In this document: piece after piece, positions 1 to 10,541 of the stretch
How the letters are laid out: each line of letters opens with the position of its first letter
How positions within the stretch are numbered: the first letter of the stretch is position 1
Assembly (NCBI GenBank): GCA_016432345.1
Contig: CP066685.1
Span: 1 to 46,235, forward strand
Direction of reading: 5' to 3'
From: Candidatus Levyibacteriota bacterium
Lineage (GTDB): Bacteria > Patescibacteriota > Microgenomatia > Levybacterales > UBA12049
Length of the DNA stretch: 46,235 nt
The notes under the pieces: generated by a model
Databases searched by the model: none
Seen by the model: only the letters and a program-made list of their open reading frames with translations
Told to the model about the DNA's origin: nothing
Position numbers and translations under genes: made by a program

Positions 1-93
1 GATTTGTTTAAATTAAAAGCCAGAGCTGTAAAAGAGGGATTGCCATACCAAACCCTTGTCTCCTCTATTCTGCATAAATATACAAACGAATAA
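1..93 (+). CDS. 3' end of a CopG/BrnA-like antitoxin (partial, runs off the window edge)
   Basis: My translation of frame 1 is DLFKLKARAVKEGLPYQTLVSSILHKYTNE*. The 'GLPYQTLxxSILH' tail is typical of RHH-type antitoxins. Not in the ORF track. Confidence 0.7.
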   Translation, partial: DLFKLKARAVKEGLPYQTLVSSILHKYTNE

Positions 94-96
94 AAA

Positions 97-159
97 TTAT
101 TTTTCCAAACTCTGGAGGAAAAGTTTATAATCCTGCTCATCAACATCCCCATCTTTATC
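97..159 (-). pseudogene. Orphan 3' remnant of a gene ending in a dockerin/EF-hand-like motif
   Basis: Minus strand reads DKDGDVDEQDYKLFLQSLEK*. 18 consecutive residues are identical to the C-terminus of ORF 2694..3611. An in-frame stop lies 13 codons upstream, with no intervening ATG. Confidence 0.7.
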
Positions 160-181
160 ATGGGACTGTCGACGAATATAA

Positions 182-1084
182 TTAGCAGACAATCTTGATT
201 AAAAAACGGTAGTTATTCGAGAAAGTAGCCTCATAAGGCATCCTCATGTGAGACCGCCACCTGTCTAAATCGTAATTTTTGTTGGGATTATTGTTTTTTC
301 TGATAGTTCCGGGAGAACAGCCACTGGCTTTGATCTTCTGATCTGTCTTTTTGGTATCATAGAGTTTATCCATGAAAATATATCCTTGTTTGGGACAGAT
401 TTGTTCGACTACTTGGTAGTCCAACACGTTTGCAGGAGTAACCGTTGTTTTACTAATCAACCCATATCTCATATCAACAGCCGTGTGTCTTTTGTATCCA
501 AACCAGATATTCTTCTTTGATTTTGCTCTCCACCTGACCTCTTTATCAAAAGCATATTCTTTGATTACCAAATTGTTCAGTTTGTCATGACCATCTTTTA
601 TTGCACGATCCCGTTCTTCCCATAATGCAGTTTTGGTAATGATGGTTGAGGCATCCATAAAGTAAAAGATGTTACCAAACAGTCCTTCTTTTTGAAGTCT
701 GTCATTAATGGAGTTAAATATATCCGCCAAATGTTTTGTGCCAATTCTTTTTCTGAATTTACCAAAATATGAGTGATCCGGAGTTTTCTCTGTTAACCCA
801 AACCCACAGAACCATCGAATTGCAAAATTCTCACACACTGCTGCCTCCATTTGCCGATCTGAATAATCTTCCCAGAACTGTAAAAGCATTGCTTTGAGTC
901 CTCGAACTGCTGGGATACCTGGTTGTTCTAAATGACTATATGTTTTCTTAAGATCTCCTGCAATTTCATCAAAGTTGATTAACCGATTCAACTTTCGATA
1001 TGCGTGGTCTGGTTTAATCACCGAGGCAAATATCTGTTCTTCAACTAATGGATCAAGGGCGCCCTGGACAGTGGACATATACAA
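182..1084 (-). mobile_element. IS5-family (DUF772 + DDE) transposase, probably C-terminally truncated
   Basis: N-terminal 'LLQFWEDYSDRQME...RWFCGF...PDHSYFGKFRKR', acidic motifs 'MDAS', 'FMDKLYD' and 'RMPYEATFS'. The protein ends shortly after the last catalytic Glu. Confidence 0.85.
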
Positions 1085-1185
1085 ACTATATCATAAAAAC
1101 TATGAGGCTACAAGGCTAATTGGGCGACATGCCCAGCATAGCAAAAGTGTATGGAATGTCGTGGGATTCTACAGAGCAGCCTGCT

Positions 1186-2661
1186 TTACATTAATAAAAA
1201 ATATTCAAGTGGAACTGAAACGATTTTCTCATCTTCAGACAACTTCAAGGAAGATGTGGAAATAAGAATACTGTAATCTGTTGGTGTCCTTTTCATTGTT
1301 TGGATTAGCTGCTCAAATCCTTTTTGTCTATATCCTATCTCCATTGGAATCCTCTTTCTTCCTGCTTGAATAACAAAGTCAGCGCTGGCTGAAGCGCTAT
1401 CATACGTTAGTGATAAACCAATTTGTGGAGAGAGGAGACGATATAAATATAGTCCTACGACATCAACGAGCAAGGATCCTTTGTAGCTTTCATACTGTAC
1501 CTGACTACCAATAAGGTTAAAAAACATGCTTCTGTAGGCAGAAGATAAAAAGAGATATTTCGATGATTTCCTTACTTGAGCATAATGCGCGCCAAAAGGG
1601 TAGACACGAACTAGTAATTCAGCTTTGGCGCACGTGTCTAATATTTCAATCAACGTATTAATTGAAAGATCAAACATTTCAGAAAGTTTTTTTAAAGAAA
1701 CGACATCAGCACTGGCTATTGCATATAAAATGTTGGAGATTTTGTTAATAGTTGCGGTATCAAATTTTTTCAACTTTGCAATATCTGTTGTAACTATATT
1801 GGTTAACGTCTTTTGGATTGCCTCATAGATTGATGATTCGTTATTAAACCGTAGCGTAAAAGGGAGCGTGCCATAGCGAAGATACGTATCTATAGCAAGT
1901 CTGTCAATGGTAGTCCAATACGCAGATACTACCGGTGTTAATTTTTGCAGTTTTTGATAAACCTCTAAAGCGTTTTGTGAGTTAAAAAGTATGGTTTTGA
2001 GTTGTATACTGATATCTTGATTAAGTTGTTTCCCCTCGGAAATTAGCATAAATTCTTGAAATGACAGGGGGTAGAGCTTTTCCAGAGCCATCCGGCGGGA
2101 GATATCAGCATCTTTTTGCAGAAGTAAAGCAGCCGATCCTGTACAAATCATAAACACATTTTGGCTGCGGTCATAGATACTTTTAAGGGTTGCTGCCCAT
2201 GAATCCTGATTATGGATTTCATCGAAAAAGAGGTAGACAGGAGTGTCTAGTTTCTCAAAAACTACCCCGATTACCTCTTCATACGCAGAAAGTACATCGT
2301 GTATACTTGCTCCAAGTACTTTAACAACCTCATCAACAGAAATGTACAGCTTATGTGTTGACTTAACAGTAAGGCTGGTAAAGATCTGGGCTAAAAGGGT
2401 AGTTTTCCCCACCCCTCGGAGTCCCGCAACACCTACCCATCTGGGTTCGCTCTTTTGTGATTGGTAAAAGAGTAAATGTTTTTCAACTGTTTTGGTCTCC
2501 TCCCTTTTTAGATATGGTTTACCAGTTTTATCATCCATGGTATATGCAGATAAACGCTCCTTTGCTTGAGCAAGCTGATTTCTGACATAAGAGACTATTT
2601 TTTCATGAGTTTGTGCGTCCATACTGATTACTAAATTACCATACTGATATGAAAATGTCAA
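1186..2661 (-). CDS. AAA+ ATPase (AAA_14/DUF4143, COG1373-like)
   Basis: Walker A GLRGVGKT, Walker B LFFDEIH, 'TGSAA' sensor segment and C-terminal 'ADFVI...IPMEIG' segment. Confidence 0.85.
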   Translation of the reverse strand: MTFSYQYGNLVISMDAQTHEKIVSYVRNQLAQAKERLSAYTMDDKTGKPYLKREETKTVEKHLLFYQSQKSEPRWVGVAGLRGVGKTTLLAQIFTSLTVKSTHKLYISVDEVVKVLGASIHDVLSAYEEVIGVVFEKLDTPVYLFFDEIHNQDSWAATLKSIYDRSQNVFMICTGSAALLLQKDADISRRMALEKLYPLSFQEFMLISEGKQLNQDISIQLKTILFNSQNALEVYQKLQKLTPVVSAYWTTIDRLAIDTYLRYGTLPFTLRFNNESSIYEAIQKTLTNIVTTDIAKLKKFDTATINKISNILYAIASADVVSLKKLSEMFDLSINTLIEILDTCAKAELLVRVYPFGAHYAQVRKSSKYLFLSSAYRSMFFNLIGSQVQYESYKGSLLVDVVGLYLYRLLSPQIGLSLTYDSASASADFVIQAGRKRIPMEIGYRQKGFEQLIQTMKRTPTDYSILISTSSLKLSEDEKIVSVPLEYFLLM

Positions 2662-2693
2662 GTACTATATTATTCTATTGATACAGAGCCAAG

Positions 2694-3650
2694 CTATTGT
2701 CCGAGGCTTTGGAGAAACAGCTTATAATCCTGCTCGTCCACATCGCCATCCTTGTCATAATCCACAGCATTTTTATCTGGACAAGATGGCGTATTCGCCT
2801 TTTCTTTGAAGCACTTGGCAATCATTTGATAGATAGGATTGTTTTGATTTTGTGTGTCATTGAGAATGTTGGTTACTTGCGTTGATTGTTGAATATTTCG
2901 TTGACTACTCTGTATGATAATGGGTATATCTGTTTGAACTTCATAGACCGCTTCGTTGGTGAAGCCAGACCAATACGCTATATTAAAATCACTTACCTCC
3001 ATAAATTTATAGAAAATAATATCATTATAAAAAACTTCTAAGATAAATACGCTATTATTTCCACTCGGATAAATTTTTTTATTCCATGGCGCACCTAATG
3101 ATAGAGTGGTATTTCCAAATGGATTTGGCCCTACAGGAATTATTCCAAGAAAATCTGTAGTTCCTTCGAAGTCTGGAATATTATCGATAAGCTTTTCGCC
3201 ATATTTTGTTTTTTCCCCATTTGCAGGAATTGATTGAAATATTTTCACTTTTGCACCTTCTATTGGTTTTCCGTTTTTATCTAAAATTTTGAGAATGTTA
3301 TTTTCTGGGATATCATCTAAATAAATTCCAATATTATATGGAGCATTAAAATTACCAAATTCCTGTGCATTATGCTGATGAAGAATACGATTCAATGCTC
3401 CTGCTTGATGAGGTGCATAAAATGGACTATTGCCTACCATAAGATCTTGGGATTTATTATTGTACCAAACGTCCCACCATCCATCCTCTTTTATCATCTT
3501 CAAGTATTTTCCTACTACTAAATTTCCCTGTGGATCTTTTACTTCTATCTTGTCACGCTCAACTTGTACGTCAACCGTATATTCATCGACAAGATACCTT
3601 GCGTGACTCATTTCGTGAAGAAGAGCCCAATCAACACCAACTAATATAGT
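2694..3650 (-). pseudogene. C-terminal part of a surface zinc-metalloprotease-like protein (HExxH) with a dockerin/EF-hand-like tail
   Basis: The frame stays open from 3650 and reads TILVGVDWALLHEMSHARYLVDEY. The ORF-track start (3611) falls inside HEMSH. C-terminus is DYDKDGDVDEQDY. Confidence 0.65.
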
Positions 3651-3661
3651 TTACCCCAGAA

Positions 3662-4045
3662 TTAGGACAGTAAGCTAAGATAGAATCTGGCAGAAGTTAG
3701 GGGATAAAGTATATGGGAAGCATAGGCTTTCTTGATAAACCCATCTTTGTTTCTTGACTGAGGTGTTGGGAGTACCCAATCAGCAGGAAGCTTAATCTGG
3801 AGGTAAACATCTGTGTTTGAAGTTTGAGAGATAGGGCTCCCGTTTGGCGCATCGAGAATTTGTAAGTTATCATTGCCACTTGCTTGCTGACGAAGGTTCT
3901 GGACGGTAAGGACTGCACCGATGGTAAGTGGAAGAATCAAGATAAAAGCAAGTATGCCAAAAAAATGTTTGATGTTTGGGTTCTTGTTGAGGAAAAAATG
4001 GAGACGATAAAAGTAATGTTTTATTTTTGAAGAGATATCTTGCAC
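3662..4045 (-). pseudogene. N-terminal membrane-anchor fragment, probably of the same surface protein
   Basis: Single hydrophobic segment 'FFGILAFILILPLTIGAVLTV' followed by 'QNLRQQAS'. It stops 11 nt before the HExxH-containing frame begins, in a different frame. Confidence 0.55.
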
Positions 4046-4214
4046 ATTGTCAGTATCTAAAATTTAGGATAGGATGTCAAATCAAAACACTACTGGGGAC
4101 AAAAACCCATGCCCAAAAGGCCATAGAAACATGGAGGAGAATGGGAAAAATTCTTTCCCTGTCAAGGACAGAACACTATAGTAAAAACCTACTGTTATAT
4201 GCTATGATAAGTAT

Positions 4215-4505
4215 ATGAATATAACAGATTTAAAAAATAAATTATCCCCAATATTTCGTAATTATGGAATCAAGCAAGCCGCTGTGTTTGGATCGGTGTC
4301 TCGTGGGGAAGACCGTCCGAATAGTGATGTGGATTTACTTGTAAAACTTGGAGATCAACCAATGGGAATGTTTAAATATATGGGCTTGATAGAAGAAATA
4401 GAAGAAAAATTGGGGAAAAAAGTTGATTTATTAACAGAAGGCAGCGTTAATAAATTTTTAGAACCTTATATTACTCCAGATTTAAAAAATATATATGAAG
4501 GATGA
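4215..4505 (+). CDS. Minimal nucleotidyltransferase (MNT) antitoxin
   Basis: Motif FGSVSRGEDRPNSDVDLLV, 96 aa, overlaps the HEPN gene. Confidence 0.9.
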   Translation: MNITDLKNKLSPIFRNYGIKQAAVFGSVSRGEDRPNSDVDLLVKLGDQPMGMFKYMGLIEEIEEKLGKKVDLLTEGSVNKFLEPYITPDLKNIYEG

Positions 4506-4821
4506 TAATTTTTACATACGTCAAATATTTGATTCCATAGGAAAAATCGAATCTTTTGTGAATAAATTTGATAAGAATAAATTTTTAGCCAATCAAATGG
4601 CTCAAAGCGCCGTTATCATGCAGTTGACACTTATCGGAGAAATATCAAAGAAGATTTCAGAAGAAACAAAATCAAAAATAGATTTGCCTTGGAAAAAAAT
4701 AATCGGTTTTAGAGACAGAACCGTACATGATTATTTTGGCATCAATTTGAACGTGGTTTGGGACACAATTATTATTGATTTACCACAATTAAAAAAAGCG
4801 TTACAGAAAATTTCTGAGTAA
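4495..4821 (+). CDS. HEPN (DUF86) ribonuclease toxin
   Basis: 'LPWKKIIGFRDRTVHDYF' carries the R-x4-H HEPN motif; 'IGE' segment; paired with MNT. Confidence 0.9.
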   Translation: MKDDNFYIRQIFDSIGKIESFVNKFDKNKFLANQMAQSAVIMQLTLIGEISKKISEETKSKIDLPWKKIIGFRDRTVHDYFGINLNVVWDTIIIDLPQLKKALQKISE

Positions 4822-4856
4822 AAGCCCCAAAAACAAGAAAACAATAATAAATATCT

Positions 4857-7226
4857 ATGGAACAAGGACTTACCACAAAAGAGGCAGAAGAAAAACTGCA
4901 GCAGTTTGGCAAAAATGAAATCCAAACAGAGGAAAAAATTTCGGCCATTGGCATTTTTCTTTCGCAATTTCCCACCCTCTTAAACGCTATTTTAGCAACG
5001 GCAGGAGTTTTATCTATTATTATTCACGATATTCTTGATGGCGTATTTATTTTTACCATTCTACTTGTTAATGGCATTGTTGGATTTATTCAAGAATATA
5101 ATGCCGAAAAATCACTGCAAAAATTAAAAGATTTTCTTACTCCCACAGCCCGCGTTATTCGAGATGGGAAAGAAGTGCAAATTGCAACATTTGATATTGT
5201 TCCGGGTGACATTATCAAACTTTTCGAAGGCGAGCGCATCCCAGCCGATGGCATACTGGTAAGCGAAAAATATATCGAAGTTGATGAATCTATTTTAACA
5301 GGAGAATCACTTCCTGTTGAAAAAAAACACAACGACGACGTGTTAACAGGATCACTTGTTATCAAAGGTCGGGGAAACACGCTGGTAACCAAAACAGGCA
5401 TGCAAACAAGTTTGGGCAAAATTGCCCAGACACTTTCTTCTATAGAAACAGATAAAACACCCCTGCAAATAAGACTTGACACTTTAGGAAAAACGCTCTC
5501 GTTTATAGCAATTGGCATTTCACTACTGCTTATTCCTATTGGCTTATCCCAGGGAAAAATGCTGTTTCCTCTTATTCTTCTTGCCGCCAGCATTGCTATT
5601 GCCGCAATCCCGGAAAGCCTGCCGGCAATTATTACCATTGCCCTAGGCATTGGCACTAACCGCATGGCAAAAAAGCACGCCATTGTCAGACACATGCCGG
5701 CTGTGGAAACACTTGGCAGTGTCCAAATTATCCTAACCGATAAAACAGGCACGCTGACTCAAAACGCCATGATAGTAAAAAAGTGCTTTTTAGAAACTGG
5801 CGCCAAAAAAGAAGATATGCTCAAAGCGTGTCTTTTTGGCAACACTGCCTCACTAATTGAAAAAACCGATGGAAGCGTCAGTTGGGAAGTGGTTGGAGAT
5901 AAAACCGATGGAGCGCTCCTGCTATGGACAAAAGAACAAAAAGAAAATACATCTTCTCTTACTGCTGGAATAGTTGTTGATGAGTATGTCTTTGATCCAA
6001 TCACAAAAACAGTAACTACTGTTTTTAAGCAAACGAAGTCTGCAAAAGATCTAACCGTTTTTGTCCGAGGCGCTCCAGAATTTGTGTTAGCAAATTGCCG
6101 CATTAGCCCAGAAAAAAAAGACGCAACAACCCGCGCATTTAACCACTATGCGACAGAGGGGTTGAGGGTTATTGGATTTGCCGCAAAAACCATAACTACT
6201 CACACCAAAAAACGAAAAGAGTTAGAGCAAAACCTTACATTCCTTGGTTTTATTGGCATTTACGACCCGCCTCGAGAGGAAGCGCAAACTGCAATACTCA
6301 CCGCAAAACAAGCAGGAGTACAACCAATTATGGTTACCGGAGACAACGATCTTACCGCCCTGGCAATTGCCAAAGAGGTCGGACTTATCGAAGAAAAAGA
6401 AGAAATTATGACGGGTGATACTATGCAAAAATTATCTGATGATAAGCTTATAAAGCTATTGCCAAACATTCGTATTTTTGCCAGAGTCAAACCCGAAGAC
6501 AAACTTCGACTGGTCGAGCTTTACAAAAAACAGGGATTTGTGGTTGGGGTAACCGGGGATGGAGTTAATGATGCCCTCGCATTAAAACGGGCGGATGTTG
6601 GCATTGCCATGGGAGAAACAGGCACAGATGTAGCCAAAGAAGCTGCAGATATTGTACTTACCGATGATAATTTTTATACACTTGTTAAGGCAATCGAAGA
6701 GGGAAGAAAAATTTACGACAATATCTTAAAGGCTATTACCTACCTTCTCTCCGGCAATTTAGCCGAACTTTCCCTGGTATTTTTTGCGATACTCTTTGGA
6801 CTTCCCCAGCCGCTTTTGCCAACCCAAATCTTATGGATTAACTTAGTTACCGACGGGCTTCCGGCGCTTGCTCTAGCAGGAGACACAAAAGACAAAGATC
6901 TACTAAATCGAAAACCCAGGGATCCAAAAAGCGTTATCCTGACCAAAAATAGGATAATTTTTATTGCTGTTGTTGGATTTGGACTTTCTTTTTCTCTCTT
7001 ACTGCTTTACAAAATACTCTTGGGTAGTTTTTCGGAAACCTTTGCCCGAACTATTACCTTTAATGCTCTTATTATTTTCCATCTTTTCATCGCGCTGGTG
7101 GTAAGAAAAGGGTCATTTTTTCGGCCAAATAGACTTTTGGTTATTACCTTTATCTTAACACTTCTGCTACAGCTAATAATTACCACCATTCCCTTTTTCC
7201 AAAACATCTTCCATCTGGGATTTTAA
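4857..7226 (+). CDS. Cation-transporting P-type ATPase (type II, Ca2+-like)
   Basis: TGES, PESLP, DKTGTLT phosphorylation site, TGDN, TGDGVND, multiple TM helices. Confidence 0.95.
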   Translation: MEQGLTTKEAEEKLQQFGKNEIQTEEKISAIGIFLSQFPTLLNAILATAGVLSIIIHDILDGVFIFTILLVNGIVGFIQEYNAEKSLQKLKDFLTPTARVIRDGKEVQIATFDIVPGDIIKLFEGERIPADGILVSEKYIEVDESILTGESLPVEKKHNDDVLTGSLVIKGRGNTLVTKTGMQTSLGKIAQTLSSIETDKTPLQIRLDTLGKTLSFIAIGISLLLIPIGLSQGKMLFPLILLAASIAIAAIPESLPAIITIALGIGTNRMAKKHAIVRHMPAVETLGSVQIILTDKTGTLTQNAMIVKKCFLETGAKKEDMLKACLFGNTASLIEKTDGSVSWEVVGDKTDGALLLWTKEQKENTSSLTAGIVVDEYVFDPITKTVTTVFKQTKSAKDLTVFVRGAPEFVLANCRISPEKKDATTRAFNHYATEGLRVIGFAAKTITTHTKKRKELEQNLTFLGFIGIYDPPREEAQTAILTAKQAGVQPIMVTGDNDLTALAIAKEVGLIEEKEEIMTGDTMQKLSDDKLIKLLPNIRIFARVKPEDKLRLVELYKKQGFVVGVTGDGVNDALALKRADVGIAMGETGTDVAKEAADIVLTDDNFYTLVKAIEEGRKIYDNILKAITYLLSGNLAELSLVFFAILFGLPQPLLPTQILWINLVTDGLPALALAGDTKDKDLLNRKPRDPKSVILTKNRIIFIAVVGFGLSFSLLLLYKILLGSFSETFARTITFNALIIFHLFIALVVRKGSFFRPNRLLVITFILTLLLQLIITTIPFFQNIFHLGF

Positions 7227-8257
7227 ATGAGTTTTTGCTGATTTTTTGTTTCGTGAGGAAATAGAATTTTTAGATGTTCGTATGCGGCTTTGGTGACAAC
7301 TCTGCCACGAGGTGTCCGCTTGATAAACCCAAGCTGTAATAAATACGGCTCAACCACTTCTTCTATTGTCCCCACATCCTCTGTTATTATTGAAGCAATA
7401 GTTTCTATACCCACTGGCCCTCCTCCGTGCTTTTCTATAATTGACAAAAGAAGCCGTCTGTCTCCGCTATCAAGTCCGACCGAATCAACTTCCAAAAGCC
7501 GCAAAGACTCATCAACAAGCTCTTTGGTAATATGTCCTCCTCCTTTTACTTGAGCAAAATCTCGGCTGCGTTTTAACAATTTTAAAGCAATTCTGGGTGT
7601 GCCGCGCGCCCGCTTGGCCAGCTCATGCAAACTTTCTTTATCAATTTGTATTATTAGCTTTTTAGCCGCATTAACAATAATATGCTCTAAATCCAAAGGT
7701 TCATAAAAACTCAAACGGTGAACAACACCAAACCTATCCCGCAAGGGAGCTGATAAAAGACCAGCTCTAGTTGTGGCGCCAATAATAGTAAATTGCGGCA
7801 AATCAAGACGCAAAGTCCTGGCAGACGGGCCTTTCCCTAAAACTACATCCAAGGCATAATCCTCCATGGCAGGATACAGCGTTTCTTCAACCACCTTATT
7901 TAATCTATGAATCTCGTCAATAAATAAAATGTCTCCCTTTTCCAAATTAGTTAAAATTGCTGCCAAATCACCAGCCCGCTCAATGGCCGGACCAGAGGTA
8001 ACACGAATGTTACTACCCATTTCCTTGGCAATTAAATGAGAAAGAGTTGTTTTTCCAAGTCCTGGCGGGCCGTATAGTAGCACGTGCTCAACTGCCTCTT
8101 GTCTCTTTTTGGCAGCAGTAATGGCAATTTGCAAAGACTCCTTAACTCCTTTTTGACCAATAAACTCCTCCCACCCTTTTGCCCGAAGAGAGGTAAAAAT
8201 AACTTCTTCTTCCGGAGTAACTGCTTCAACCTCGCGCTCTACTTTTTGTTTAGTCAT
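7223..8257 (-). CDS. ruvB: Holliday junction branch migration helicase RuvB
   Basis: [32 protein letters not shown]. Confidence 0.98.
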   Translation of the reverse strand: MTKQKVEREVEAVTPEEEVIFTSLRAKGWEEFIGQKGVKESLQIAITAAKKRQEAVEHVLLYGPPGLGKTTLSHLIAKEMGSNIRVTSGPAIERAGDLAAILTNLEKGDILFIDEIHRLNKVVEETLYPAMEDYALDVVLGKGPSARTLRLDLPQFTIIGATTRAGLLSAPLRDRFGVVHRLSFYEPLDLEHIIVNAAKKLIIQIDKESLHELAKRARGTPRIALKLLKRSRDFAQVKGGGHITKELVDESLRLLEVDSVGLDSGDRRLLLSIIEKHGGGPVGIETIASIITEDVGTIEEVVEPYLLQLGFIKRTPRGRVVTKAAYEHLKILFPHETKNQQKLI

Positions 8258-8262
8258 AAAAT

Positions 8263-8838
8263 TTACTTCCCCAAATATTTAAGCGCCAACTTTATTTTCT
8301 CTTCTGCTGTTTGTCCGTCTTTTTGAATATTTCTAATGGCTTCCTGCGCTTCTTTTGCAGTAAATCCAAAATGCTGCAGTGCCGTAATCACCTCATTATT
8401 TTTTTTGCCAAACCCATCAGAATCTCCTATTTCTGCGTTTAAATCTAGCTTACCTTTAAGCTCTATTATTATTTTTTGAGCATTTTTTTTACCAAGTCGT
8501 GGGACACCTGTAAAAAAATCTACATCTCCTCGATAAATCGCATCAATAATTTCACTACCTGTCCCAATGGCAAAAATTCCCACAGCAGTTTTAGGCCCAA
8601 TGCCCGAAACGCTAATTAATTTTTCAAAAAGTTTTAAGTCGGATAAATTGGAAAATCCATAGAGCTCCAAAAGATCCTCCCGCACATGTGTATAAGTAAA
8701 AATCTTTATTGTTTGTCCCAAAGTTAATGAGGAAAGTAAATTATTTGAAACAAGCACCCTATATCCAACACCATTAACATCTAAAATTATATAAGGGGTA
8801 TCAATGGTATCTAAAATTCCCTTTAAGGCAGCAATCAT
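8263..8838 (-). CDS. ruvA: Holliday junction branch migration protein RuvA
   Basis: 'DVNGVGYRV', 'HVRED...LYGF', HhH motif 'VSGIGPKTA'; lies between ruvC and ruvB. Confidence 0.97.
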   Translation of the reverse strand: MIAALKGILDTIDTPYIILDVNGVGYRVLVSNNLLSSLTLGQTIKIFTYTHVREDLLELYGFSNLSDLKLFEKLISVSGIGPKTAVGIFAIGTGSEIIDAIYRGDVDFFTGVPRLGKKNAQKIIIELKGKLDLNAEIGDSDGFGKKNNEVITALQHFGFTAKEAQEAIRNIQKDGQTAEEKIKLALKYLGK

Positions 8839-8852
8839 AAAAAGTACTGTGA

Positions 8853-9335
8853 TTATAACATACTCATTTTTGCAGAAAGGGCATGCGTTATGGCAACGGC
8901 GAGCGCATCTGCAGTATCATCAAGTTTTGGCACACTATCTAATTTGAGTAATATCTTTACCATCTGTCCAATCTGATTTTTTTCTGCCCTGCCATAACCG
9001 GTTAAAGCCATTTTTACTTGCAGCGGCGTATATACCGAAACTGGTAAATTATGCTGCCCTGCGCAAAGCAGTACCACTCCCCGCGCCTGGCCAACAACCA
9101 AGGCTGTTTTACTATTGGTGCCAAAAAATAATTCTTCGATTGCCAAAACATCAGGTTTGTATTTTTTTATAATGCTAGTAATTTCTTTATAAATCTGCAG
9201 CAATCTTTCTTCGTTTTTTTGCTTTGCATCCGTCTCGATACAACCATAACTGTGAACTGTGAACTGTGAACTGTGAACTTTTACGATCCCCCATCCCATT
9301 CTTCCTATTCCCGGATCAATTCCTAAAATAACCAT
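8853..9335 (-). CDS. ruvC: Crossover junction endodeoxyribonuclease RuvC
   Basis: ILGIDPG, AIEELFF, DDTADALAVA. Confidence 0.97.
   Translation of the reverse strand: MVILGIDPGIGRMGWGIVKVHSSQFTVHSYGCIETDAKQKNEERLLQIYKEITSIIKKYKPDVLAIEELFFGTNSKTALVVGQARGVVLLCAGQHNLPVSVYTPLQVKMALTGYGRAEKNQIGQMVKILLKLDSVPKLDDTADALAVAITHALSAKMSML
9248..9279 (+). repeat. (AACTGTG)4 heptamer tandem repeat inside ruvC
   Basis: Four exact copies plus AACT; encodes 'VHSSQFTVHS' in-frame. Confidence 0.95.
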
Positions 9336-9377
9336 AGCAGGTAGATTATACCATTCAATTATGGTATACTACTCTTT

Positions 9378-10106
9378 ATGTCAAAGAGACCAACACTCAA
9401 GGTAGAAAAACGAACTGTTTTAGGCGAAAACGTTAAAAAACTCCGAAAGACTGGGATTTTCCCCGCCAACATCTACGGCAAAGACATTAAATCTCTTGCT
9501 GTCCAAGTTCCCTACAAAGATTTTGAAGCCGTGTACAAAGACACAGGTGAAACAGGTCTTGTTGATCTGCAAGTAGACGGACAAATTCGCCCAGTCCTTA
9601 TTCATAACGTCCAAAAAGACCATCTTACAAAAACTCCCCTACATGCAGATTTTTACCAAGTAAACTTGAAAGAAAAAGTAAAAACCATGGTTGCTGTTGC
9701 CACTATTGGCGAACCAAAAGCAGTTACCGATAAACTTGGACTTTTAATGCAAACCCTTCATGAAATCGAAGTTGAAGCTCTTCCTGCCGATTTACCAGAA
9801 AAAATCGAAATCAACATCGAGCATTTGGCAAATGTTAATGATCAAATTACTATTGCTGACATTAAAACACCAACTGGTGTTACTATTTTAACCGATCCAG
9901 GACAAGTTATTGTAAAAATTGTAGAACTTGTTACTAAAGAAGCAGAGGCAGAAGCAAAAGCAGAAGCTGCTGCTGCAGAAGCTGCCAAGGCCGAGCTTGC
10001 TCCTGCCGAAGAAGGAGCGCCAGCCGAAGGTGCCGCCCCCGCTAAAAGCTCTGGCGAGCCAAAAGGAGAAAAACCCGCAGAAGCACCAAAAGAAGAATCA
10101 AAATAG
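9378..10106 (+). CDS. rplY: 50S ribosomal protein L25/Ctc
   Basis: 'LRKTGIFPANIYG', 'LHADFYQV', Ala/Glu-rich C-terminal tail. Confidence 0.95.
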   Translation: MSKRPTLKVEKRTVLGENVKKLRKTGIFPANIYGKDIKSLAVQVPYKDFEAVYKDTGETGLVDLQVDGQIRPVLIHNVQKDHLTKTPLHADFYQVNLKEKVKTMVAVATIGEPKAVTDKLGLLMQTLHEIEVEALPADLPEKIEINIEHLANVNDQITIADIKTPTGVTILTDPGQVIVKIVELVTKEAEAEAKAEAAAAEAAKAELAPAEEGAPAEGAAPAKSSGEPKGEKPAEAPKEESK

Positions 10107-10541
10107 TTTTTTAAGCCTTTGTCCCTCTTCAAAATTCGGATCAAGCAAAAACACCTTATCTAAATACATTTTTGCTTTTTCTTTATTACCTAATTGATAC
10201 TCTAAAACCGCTAACTGAAAATACCCATCCCGATAATTTTTGTATTTATTTATCACCTTTTCCCAATATTCAACCTTTAAAATTAACTCTTTCCGCTTGA
10301 CCTCTTCTAATTTCTTGTCCTGAAAATGCTTATATGTCTGTATGCTCGAAATCACAAACATTATAACCAACAATAAAGCTATAAATCCTCCTATAATCCA
10401 TTTCCAGAAAGTTTTATCAAAAAAAGATTTTGCGGGAATAAATCGGTAAATACTCGGGAAATTAACCTGGTTTTTCTTTTTTTCAGGCTCAACCTCTTTC
10501 TTTTTTCGTTTAAAAAATTTAAGCGGTTTTATTTTGGCCAT
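10098..10541 (-). CDS. Membrane-anchored TPR-like protein
   Basis: One TM segment 'WIIGGFIALLLVIMFVISSI' plus a TPR-like helix pair 'YFQLAVLEYQLGNKEKAKMYLDKVFLLDPN'. Confidence 0.7.
   Translation of the reverse strand: MAKIKPLKFFKRKKKEVEPEKKKNQVNFPSIYRFIPAKSFFDKTFWKWIIGGFIALLLVIMFVISSIQTYKHFQDKKLEEVKRKELILKVEYWEKVINKYKNYRDGYFQLAVLEYQLGNKEKAKMYLDKVFLLDPNFEEGQRLKKLF

Noticed and set aside
5090-6103. Long antisense ORFs (5090..5752, 5759..6103) opposite the P-type ATPase
   Set aside because: Shadow ORFs of a well-conserved gene, with no recognisable motifs. The same applies to other antisense or overlapping ORF-track entries such as 9842..10144, 12487..12969, 30591..30980, 34209..34556, 39914..40462 and 41633..42850.
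9940-10103. Low-complexity repeat at the rplY 3' end
   Set aside because: Ordinary Ala/Glu/Pro-rich tail of long L25/Ctc proteins, with codon-level (period 3) repetition only.
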